Source of the DNA: Oscillospiraceae bacterium
GTDB lineage: Bacteria > Bacillota > Clostridia > Oscillospirales > SIG627
Direction: 5' to 3'
Length of the DNA stretch: 64,000 nt
Assembly (NCBI GenBank): GCA_034925865.1
Contig: JAYFRN010000043.1
Span: forward strand, 4,360 to 68,359
How positions within the stretch are numbered: position 1 is the first letter of the stretch; every line of letters starts with the position of its first letter. The position numbers were made by a program, and so were the translations under genes. The notes beneath the pieces are model-generated. The model had not been told where the DNA came from, searched no databases, and worked only from the letters and a program-made list of their open reading frames with translations. Of the stretch, positions 37,379 to 44,884 are shown one piece after another.

Positions 37379-37669
37379 ATGAAAATGAAAAAATACTTAC
37401 CGCCAACAATAAAGTTCGAAGAGCTTGAGCTTTTCGAAAGAATAGCCGAGGTATGCTGGGGCTATAACAGGGCGACATGGGTAGGTACAAACAGAGACGG
37501 AGAGACAGTAACCGTTTCCGCTACATGGACTAACGGCTGCAAGGGCGGCATACCTGCCGAATTTATCGCCGCGCTTGAAGCCGCAAATGTTGATTCAACA
37601 CAATTCAGCAACAGTATAGCAAATACAAAAGACAGCAGTATTGATTTTCCCGACAGCGTTATCGCATAG
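37379..37669 (+). CDS. small protein (96 aa): candidate substrate/precursor or accessory protein
   Basis: AGGGGGA RBS ~11 nt upstream. Sits between the rSAM and kinase-like genes. Two Cys (C26, C54), three Trp between them, Ser/Thr/Asp-rich tail. Confidence 0.6.
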   Translation: MKMKKYLPPTIKFEELELFERIAEVCWGYNRATWVGTNRDGETVTVSATWTNGCKGGIPAEFIAALEAANVDSTQFSNSIANTKDSSIDFPDSVIA

Positions 37670-37675
37670 ACTCTG

Positions 37676-38578
37676 ATGGATATCTGTCAAATAACAACTG
37701 AAGGTATGTGCTTTACGATAGGCGGTTTTTGCGTTCGCGCGCAGGATCGTTCTGAAAAAGCAAAAGCATTCAGACTTCCTTCGCGCTTTAACGCATTCGC
37801 GGGAAAGCGCGAAGCTGTTTTTACCGACTGGTGCCGTCAGGTTGATCAGACGCTAAAAGTTCCTGTTGAATCGCCGCTTCACATATCGGAATGCGGTCTT
37901 GATTCAATGCGGGTTTATAATTCTGAAAAAGGATATATTTTCAGATATCAGCAGCATGGCTGTGAAGAGCTGATACTCGATGTTACGAGCGATTATAAAG
38001 CTGTCGATATAATCAAAGACATTACATCGCCGGATTCTCATTTCGATCTCGCGGGAGAACTCGGCAGAATGTTTTCTTATGCCGTTCTGACAGATGCGAT
38101 TGTTTTTCACGGTGCGGCAATAGAATATAAAGGCACCGGTATTTTGATATGCGCCGCTTCCGGAGTAGGGAAGTCGACGCATGCGGCTTTATGGCGTGAT
38201 TATGAAAATGCGATAATATTAAACGGAGACAGAGGGCTTTGCCGTGAAACCGATGGCGGAATATATCTGTATGGTTCTCCGTGGTATGGATCGTCCGGAG
38301 AATGTATTAACCGCCGGGTGCCGTTGTCGGCTATTGTGCTGCTGGAACGCGGAGACGAGAATCATGCGGAAATTATGCCATCTCCGTCCGCTTTCAAGGC
38401 TCTTGCTTGCCGTGCGGCGGCGCCGCTTTGGGATTATAAATATAAATCGCTTGCTGTTGACAAAATATTAAATCTATGCGAAAATATACCGTGTGTAAGG
38501 CTTTGCTGCAAACCCGATCCCGACGCTGTCACAACGCTGAAAAACTGCCTTATAAAAACAAACAGTATAGAAGTGTAA
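37676..38578 (+). CDS. HPr-kinase C-terminal-domain-like P-loop protein
   Basis: FHGAAIEYKGTGILICAASGVGKSTHAALW...ILNGD follows the HprK_C-type pattern HG..v...G.GvLi.G.SG.GKS. Starts 6 nt after the previous stop. Confidence 0.65.
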   Translation: MDICQITTEGMCFTIGGFCVRAQDRSEKAKAFRLPSRFNAFAGKREAVFTDWCRQVDQTLKVPVESPLHISECGLDSMRVYNSEKGYIFRYQQHGCEELILDVTSDYKAVDIIKDITSPDSHFDLAGELGRMFSYAVLTDAIVFHGAAIEYKGTGILICAASGVGKSTHAALWRDYENAIILNGDRGLCRETDGGIYLYGSPWYGSSGECINRRVPLSAIVLLERGDENHAEIMPSPSAFKALACRAAAPLWDYKYKSLAVDKILNLCENIPCVRLCCKPDPDAVTTLKNCLIKTNSIEV

Positions 38579-38582
38579 TTTA

Positions 38583-39056
38583 ATGACAGAAAAAAAGGAA
38601 AAAAGAATAGTTGCCTCGCATTTGTTTTTTCCACTTGTAAAATCACTTCTCGGCGAAGGCTATGATGTTAAATTCACTGTAAGCGGAATAAGCATGAGTC
38701 CGCTTATCAGGGACAATACGGATGCGGTTATTATTACCGCAATTAACCGTTCTTTGAAAAAGGGCGATATAGTCTTATTCGAATCGCCGTATGAAAAGGA
38801 CAGATACATACTTCACCGTATAACCAGGATATTCCGCGGCGGAAAGTCGCTTCAGACAACGGGCGATGGCTGCCTTGGACGCGATATGCCGATTAAAACT
38901 GATTGCGTTATTGCTATAGTAAATACTATTATCCGCGGAAACATGATTATTGATTGTTCTGCGATCAAATGGAAATTTGTATTCTTTTTGTGGCGCACCG
39001 CTTTTCCGATACGTGCGCTTTTAATAGGAGCGATTAACCGCAGAAGCAGAAGCTGA
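38583..39056 (+). CDS. S24/S26-family serine peptidase (signal-peptidase-I-like)
   Basis: VSGISMSPLI (Ser nucleophile motif), KKGDIVLF, ILHRI, TTGDG. Starts 4 nt after the previous stop. Confidence 0.65.
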   Translation: MTEKKEKRIVASHLFFPLVKSLLGEGYDVKFTVSGISMSPLIRDNTDAVIITAINRSLKKGDIVLFESPYEKDRYILHRITRIFRGGKSLQTTGDGCLGRDMPIKTDCVIAIVNTIIRGNMIIDCSAIKWKFVFFLWRTAFPIRALLIGAINRRSRS

Positions 39057-39152
39057 AGAATTACCTATTAAGAAAACAATTGATTGCACAGGCGGTAATC
39101 AATGGATGCTGAGGGTAATGCTGTTTTATATTTGCTGTTTAATAACATCTTT

Positions 39153-40775
39153 TTAATTGAATAAATCCTCCAGATTAATAGTTTTCGTCGCCCATGAAAT
39201 ATCGGCATTGATGTCGTGCGTCGTCATAAGAACGGTGCCAGGAAACTCGCTAAGCGAATGCATCAGCACTTCTTTCGAATAAACATCCAGGTGATTCGTC
39301 GGCTCGTCGAGGAGGATGAGATTCACCGGCTTCATCATCGCAAGACACATACGAAGCTTCGTCATTTCTCCGCCGGACAGTGTCCGCACCTGATTAAAAA
39401 AATGCGTCTCGTTCAGACCGCAGGAAAACAGCGCCGCCTGCAGCTCTTTCTGTGGTATTTCGGGGTAGTATTCTTTGGCAAATTCAATTACAGTGATCGC
39501 GTGCTGTTTGCCTTTTTTTATGCCGAGTCGTTTGCGTTCGAATTTATCAAAATGCGAAAAATTGTTTTCGTAATCCTCCTCCTGCCGCAGGAAAACGGAT
39601 TCGATATTTTCGCCGAATTCCATATTGCCGCCGACTGCTGGCAAATCGTCGTTAATCGTCTTCAAAATCGTAGTTTTCCCGATTCCGTTAAAGCCCTTGA
39701 ACACAATCTTTTCACCGCGCGTAACAACAAGCGATAATGGAGGCAGCACGGCGCAGCCATTATATCCAACTTCAAGCGCAGCAAGTGTCATAATTAACCT
39801 GGTCGCGCCGTTTGCGTACTTGAATTTGAACTGCGGTTTGACAATCTCGTCCGGCTTTTCAATCCGTTCGAGGTTTTCAAGCATTTTTTTAAGCCATGTC
39901 GCCTTTGACTTGCCCTGACCGCCGGGATTGTTATATAAAAATGTTTGAACATATGCTTCCGAACGAGCTATGAATTTGCCCTGTGCGATGCTTTGTTCGT
40001 TCTGTATTTCCTCACGATGAGCTTTTTCTTTAACATAAAACTCGTAGTAACCCTCATATACCTTGAATTTTCGATTGGCAATTTCAACAATCTTGTTTGA
40101 CACGCGATTTAGAAACGCGCGGTCGTGCGATATGATAATATAAGCGCATTTCAAACGGCAGAGATAATCTCCAAGCCAGTTTATATAACTGATGTCTAGA
40201 AAGTTTGTAGGCTCGTCCAGAACGAGTAAATCGTTTTCAGTCAAGAGAAGCTTTGCAAGGATCAGCTTCATTTTCATGCCGCCGGATAATTGCGAAACAG
40301 TCTTTTCTCTGTCAGAATCAGAAAAGCCGAGACCGAGAAGAACATTGTCAAGCTTTTTTGGTATACGGTCAAATTCGTGCGCATCGAGATACTCCGACAT
40401 ACTCTGCGCGCGGCTGACAGCTTTCATCTGTTCCGCTTCATCAAGCTCCGCAAGGCTCGCATAAATTCTTTCAACTGCGTCATTCATTTTATATAGCTCT
40501 GTAAAAACACTGTCGAGATAATCATAGACCGTGATATCCTTGCCGATATCGGCATACTGGTCAAGATACCCGATACGCAGTTTTCCGTTCGATTCAAAGC
40601 GCCATTCATCCGGGATAACCTCTCCGGTGAGCATTTTGAGCAATGTCGATTTGCCGCAGCCATTCGGACCGACAAGACCGATACGGTCACTGTCAGTTAC
40701 CATAAGTTCGGTTTTATTAAAGATACTTTTACCCACAAACGCGTGGGAGAGTTCATATATTTTAAAAATTCGCAT
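39153..40775 (-). CDS. ABC-F family ATPase (two NBDs, no TMD)
   Basis: GPNGCGKST and GFNGIGKTT Walker A motifs, LSGGMKMKL and LSGGEMTKL signatures, interdomain linker, no membrane spans. AAGGAGA RBS before ATG 40775. Confidence 0.85.
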   Translation of the reverse strand: MRIFKIYELSHAFVGKSIFNKTELMVTDSDRIGLVGPNGCGKSTLLKMLTGEVIPDEWRFESNGKLRIGYLDQYADIGKDITVYDYLDSVFTELYKMNDAVERIYASLAELDEAEQMKAVSRAQSMSEYLDAHEFDRIPKKLDNVLLGLGFSDSDREKTVSQLSGGMKMKLILAKLLLTENDLLVLDEPTNFLDISYINWLGDYLCRLKCAYIIISHDRAFLNRVSNKIVEIANRKFKVYEGYYEFYVKEKAHREEIQNEQSIAQGKFIARSEAYVQTFLYNNPGGQGKSKATWLKKMLENLERIEKPDEIVKPQFKFKYANGATRLIMTLAALEVGYNGCAVLPPLSLVVTRGEKIVFKGFNGIGKTTILKTINDDLPAVGGNMEFGENIESVFLRQEEDYENNFSHFDKFERKRLGIKKGKQHAITVIEFAKEYYPEIPQKELQAALFSCGLNETHFFNQVRTLSGGEMTKLRMCLAMMKPVNLILLDEPTNHLDVYSKEVLMHSLSEFPGTVLMTTHDINADISWATKTINLEDLFN

Positions 40776-40801
40776 AATAATGTCTCCTTTAAAATAAACA
40801 T

Positions 40802-40858
40802 GGAAAAACACCGGCAGAATTCTTGCCCCGAATTACAGGGTGAAGTTCTGCCGGTGTT
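40802..40858 (-). terminator. intrinsic terminator 25 nt upstream of the ABC-F start (attenuator candidate)
   Basis: On the minus strand, a 13-bp stem AACACCGGCAGAA / TTCTGCCGGTGTT followed by TTTTT. Confidence 0.6.
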
Positions 40859-40875
40859 CCGCATTTCAACTGTTC

Positions 40876-40907
40876 AACAAAAAGCGGACAGCCGAAGCTG
40901 TCCGCTT
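40876..40907 (-). terminator. intrinsic terminator after the 48-aa ORF
   Basis: On the minus strand, AAGCGGACAGC-TTCG-GCTGTCCGCTT followed by TTTTG. Confidence 0.65.
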
Positions 40908-40923
40908 AAATTCAGATAAAATA

Positions 40924-41070
40924 TTATCCGATATTTTCAGAGGCACAGCTATAACGGCAAAAATGGGCAGACTTCTCCCTTATAGCTGTAACAGTGAATC
41001 CGCATATCAATGATTTAACGGACAAAATGCCCATTGAAATATTGATACCCTGAAGTTTATCCTTTGCCAT
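40924..41070 (-). CDS. 48-aa Cys-containing small ORF (MAKDKLQGINISMGILSVKSLICGFTVTAIREKSAHFCRYSCASENIG)
   Basis: GAGGTGAG RBS before ATG 41070; the track ORF starts upstream at 41130. Last gene of the ABC exporter unit. It also contains a 10-bp internal stem, so it may be RNA structure rather than coding. Confidence 0.35.
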   Translation of the reverse strand: MAKDKLQGINISMGILSVKSLICGFTVTAIREKSAHFCRYSCASENIG

Positions 41071-41190
41071 ATAGCTCACCTCGCTTTCATCAATTTTGTA
41101 TATTATAACATAAAAGATCTGTGATGTCAATTATAATATATATGAAATTTTAATTTCCAAATTGAAATATGGTGCATGCCCTATATAATG

Positions 41191-42297
41191 TCATTTTACA
41201 AACATTTTAAAGCAGGTGTTTATCAAAAACGCTCCGAAAAATAAATAAACAAAGAAACGCAAAAACACGCTTCGTAATTCATATATCAGCATTTTCTTTA
41301 TATCTGTATCAGGCATACCGATTGAAAGATAAATATTTGCTGACTTTTTGCGGTTCATATATTGCATACGAGCAATAAAAACTGTTTGAGCAATCCCCGC
41401 AAGTGTCAATACCAGGAAGCATCCTATCAAAAATAACAGCAAATGATGGACAACAGCCAATACATCTGCGGTTGTGTTAATTTGATCATAGGGATTGGTG
41501 TCCAGAACAACATTGGAATTTCCTATATTCCATAACAATAAGAATGCCAATACCGGATACAGTGCAGATGTAGCGAAGGTGAGGGCAATTCCATTATAGG
41601 CTTTTTTATAATACTCCATGCTTTTATTTGCCAACAGCTTTAATATTGGTTGGTTTTTAAAGGTTTGGGATTGATGATAGCTGTGCTTTTCCTTCGAAGC
41701 TTTGATATTCTGCTTTCTTATCGAGTGAATCACAGAGTGCCTTTTCAGACTTATGGTTTGCAAGAAATAACTGATGATAATTAAAAGCATTCCCCCGGCA
41801 ATCAATATAATAGAAAGCAATAGGAATAATCCATAATCCAAAGCATTTTCTTGCGATACTTCTTGAAAACGTCTGCCTAAAGCAATTCCGGGAATGCTTC
41901 CGCAAATAACACCGATGATATTAGGCAGGAGATACAAGGCACATATTTCAATCAGAATGAGTATTCTTTTTTGCTTTCCGGTGGCTCCTACACTGGTTAG
42001 AACAGCGAGTGTTTGATTGATTTCTTCGCTTTGCATGCGACAATAAATTCTTACTGTTATAAATGTAATAACAACCAAAAATGCAACGGTCAAATTCATA
42101 CATAATTGAACTTTTTCCGTAAAATTTCTTGAAGGTAAATCCATATAAGTTTGATTCGTAATTGCATTCGTTTGAAGCCCAAAGAAAGAGAAAAACGAAA
42201 TTAACAGCATAGAAAACAAGAATGCAATAGAAAAAAATATGTTTTTATGATAATTCTGCTTGATCCTTCTAAACGCAATTCTTTTTACAGGTGACAT
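41191..42297 (-). CDS. FtsX-like ABC transporter permease
   Basis: Multi-TM protein. AGGAGG RBS, with the ATG 1 nt after the ATPase stop. Partner of a MacB/FtsE-type ATPase. Confidence 0.7.
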   Translation of the reverse strand: MSPVKRIAFRRIKQNYHKNIFFSIAFLFSMLLISFFSFFGLQTNAITNQTYMDLPSRNFTEKVQLCMNLTVAFLVVITFITVRIYCRMQSEEINQTLAVLTSVGATGKQKRILILIEICALYLLPNIIGVICGSIPGIALGRRFQEVSQENALDYGLFLLLSIILIAGGMLLIIISYFLQTISLKRHSVIHSIRKQNIKASKEKHSYHQSQTFKNQPILKLLANKSMEYYKKAYNGIALTFATSALYPVLAFLLLWNIGNSNVVLDTNPYDQINTTADVLAVVHHLLLFLIGCFLVLTLAGIAQTVFIARMQYMNRKKSANIYLSIGMPDTDIKKMLIYELRSVFLRFFVYLFFGAFLINTCFKMFVK

Positions 42298-42298
42298 A

Positions 42299-42988
42299 TC
42301 ACTGCCTCCTGTCACTAATAATTTTACCGTCAGAAATTGTGATTACACGTCCGGCGGAATTTGCGATTTCAGTGCTGTGAGTCACAACAAGAACAGTAAT
42401 CCTATATTCCTGATTCATCGCGGTCAACAAGTCGAGAACTTCTCGTAAACTTTCCCGGTCAAGATTTCCGGTTGGTTCGTCCGCAAGGAGAATGGACGGC
42501 TTACTAAACAAAGCTCTTGCGATGGCAATACGTTGCTGTTGACCGCCGGAGAGCATTGAAGGGTATGCTTGTTCACGACCTGATAGACCGATTTTCGCAA
42601 TAATGGAAGCAAGCTCCGCTTTATCAATAACTCTGCCGTCAAGCTCCGTAGGAAGTGTAATATTTTCAATTACATTTAATTCCGGTATCAAATTGAAAAA
42701 CTGATAAATTACGCCTACCTTTTGTCGCCGTATCTTCGCTGATTCTCTGCCCGATAACCGGTTGATCTCTATATCGTCCAAATAAATGCGTCCGCTGTCC
42801 GGCCGATCAAGACCTGCGATCATATTAAGCAGAGTCGTTTTGCCGGAACCGGATTTACCTACAACGGCGACAAATTCGCCTTCATTTACGGTAAGCGACA
42901 TATGGTCTATGGCAATTACCCGTCCGTTTAAGGTTGCATATTCTTTACACAAATCACTAATGATCAGCTTTTTCTGAGAGCAATCCAT
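42299..42988 (-). CDS. ABC transporter ATP-binding protein (MacB/LolD/FtsE type)
   Basis: GKSGSGKTTLLN, LSGGQQQRIAIARAL, ILLADEPTGNLD. Confidence 0.9.
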   Translation of the reverse strand: MDCSQKKLIISDLCKEYATLNGRVIAIDHMSLTVNEGEFVAVVGKSGSGKTTLLNMIAGLDRPDSGRIYLDDIEINRLSGRESAKIRRQKVGVIYQFFNLIPELNVIENITLPTELDGRVIDKAELASIIAKIGLSGREQAYPSMLSGGQQQRIAIARALFSKPSILLADEPTGNLDRESLREVLDLLTAMNQEYRITVLVVTHSTEIANSAGRVITISDGKIISDRRQ

Positions 42989-43149
42989 CCTGGCACCGCC
43001 TTTATTAATTTTTCATTTGATGCTTTTATTTTGTTATAAAGGTTAATACTATAATAATTATAACATAATTTACAGCCGATGGCTATATTTACCAAACATT
43101 TTCCGAATAAATAATAACACGGCGACCCAACTCCGTATAAGGCTTATAA

Positions 43150-44040
43150 TTACTTATTCACATTGCGTATTTTTGCATACGCACATGCGCCGATTGCTCC
43201 TGCATCGTTTTTCAGCTTTGTTATGATGACTTCTGATTTTATAGGAGTAAGTCTTCCGACCGTTTCTGATATGACACCGATAAAACCGCCGAGCGATTCG
43301 GAAACGCCTCCTCCAATCACTACTTTTTCCGGGTTAAGCAGGCTTGAACAATTTGCAATAAGCACAGAAAGGCGGAGAACATATGTATCGACAATTTCTC
43401 TCGCTTTATTGTTTTTCATGTATTGTGAAAATAGCCCTCGTGAATCCGTGCCGATTTTCACGGCAAAGTCATTTAGCGCAGTGCCTGAGAGTTTATTTTC
43501 ACATGCGCCGAAGGTGGATGATGAAAACCTCAGCGATTCCCGCGCTTCCGCTTCTTCAATGAAATAACCGATTTCTCCGGCGCTTCCGTTATGTCCGGAT
43601 ATGACGGCCCCATCTGATAATATCGCGCTTCCCAGTCCCGTGCCGGCAGATATGAACAGGGCATCCTGACAGCCCTTAAGGCTTCCGGAACTTATTTCAG
43701 CATAAAGCGACGCGCTGACATCGTTCAGCGCATAACATGGAAACTTGAATTTTGAAAAGAACGCATCGTAAAGAGATATGTTTTCCCAACCGAGCGCCGG
43801 AGCAACGGAAACGGTCACGCCGTCTTTGGCTACGCAGCCCGGAACGCCGCAGCCGCAGCCGGCAATATCGGACTCGTTTATGCCGTTTTCATGTAAAAAT
43901 GAAAGAGTGTCATCATATATTGAATTGAAATCAGATGAAGAAGCGATACGCTTCTGTTTGAAAAAACTGCTGTCGGAGCTTTCAACACGCATATTGATTT
44001 TCGTTCCGCCAATATCGTAACCTAAAAACAATTTATTCAT
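43150..44040 (-). CDS. ROK family sugar kinase/regulator-like protein
   Basis: GYDIGGTKI, ALNDVSASLYAE, GTGLGSAI, GSAGEIGY. Confidence 0.8.
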   Translation of the reverse strand: MNKLFLGYDIGGTKINMRVESSDSSFFKQKRIASSSDFNSIYDDTLSFLHENGINESDIAGCGCGVPGCVAKDGVTVSVAPALGWENISLYDAFFSKFKFPCYALNDVSASLYAEISSGSLKGCQDALFISAGTGLGSAILSDGAVISGHNGSAGEIGYFIEEAEARESLRFSSSTFGACENKLSGTALNDFAVKIGTDSRGLFSQYMKNNKAREIVDTYVLRLSVLIANCSSLLNPEKVVIGGGVSESLGGFIGVISETVGRLTPIKSEVIITKLKNDAGAIGACAYAKIRNVNK

Positions 44041-44112
44041 TTGATTTACTGCCTTTCAAAAAAATAGAATTTAAATATGCCATGACATTGAAACCCGCAT
44101 GAATGTGTACTA

Positions 44113-44200
44113 TAATAATTAAAATGGCAATTATGGCAACCTCTAAAAACTCGAATTTTAGAATAATCGATTGTGTTATTTAATTGCCGAGTTAATAAAT
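44113..44200. repeat. palindromic repeat, copy E (arms conserved, different centre)
   Basis: ATGGCAATTA... and the perfect right arm TTATTTAATTGCC (44176-44188) plus GAGTTAATAA. The centre has its own 7-bp hairpin TCTAAAA/TTTTAGA. Confidence 0.5.
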
Positions 44201-44232
44201 AAGTTATACACTAAGGATTTAAGGTTGTTGGT

Positions 44233-44712
44233 ATGTTTTATGTAAGACGGCTTTTTGATAATGAAATCGAAGAAGCTTCGCGATTGATATGGCTGACTTT
44301 TTATAAATTCGAATCAAAGGGATATTCAGAAGAAGGACTTGTCAATTTTAGAAATTTTATCGAACCTGTTTCTTTGAGAATGAACAGCTTCGATGGATAT
44401 GTTGTTTTGTTCGGCGCGTTCGATCAGGGAGACCGATCAAAAGACAGACTTGTCGGCGTTTCCGGAGTGCGCGAAAAGAGCCATATTTGTTTGAATTTTG
44501 TCGACGGAGAATATCACCGCCACGGAATCGGCAGAGAATTATTCAATGAAATGTATGAATTTGCGAAAACTGATGCGAATATAAACGAAATGACAGTAAA
44601 CTCGTCGGATTACGGCATGGCTTTTTATGAGGCGATGGGCTTTGAAAAAGCAGGAGAAAGGATGGTCCGCGACGGAATTGTCTACACTCCGTACAGGCTT
44701 GGATTAAAATAA
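44233..44712 (+). CDS. GNAT-family N-acetyltransferase (159 aa)
   Basis: VDGEYHRHGIGRELFNEM motif A; C-terminal FYEAMGF. Confidence 0.7.
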   Translation: MFYVRRLFDNEIEEASRLIWLTFYKFESKGYSEEGLVNFRNFIEPVSLRMNSFDGYVVLFGAFDQGDRSKDRLVGVSGVREKSHICLNFVDGEYHRHGIGRELFNEMYEFAKTDANINEMTVNSSDYGMAFYEAMGFEKAGERMVRDGIVYTPYRLGLK

Positions 44713-44884
44713 ACATATTTTCATGTTGTAAAAGATCAGTGAACGCAACCCGGTTTATTTATAAGGAAAGCGGCACGAAATATTCGCACCGCCTTGATAA
44801 TCACTGATGTTACAGCGAGATTGCTTGATTATTTATAAAGATCTTGCCATGCTTCTTTTCTAAGAAGCAGCGCATTTTGTAATT

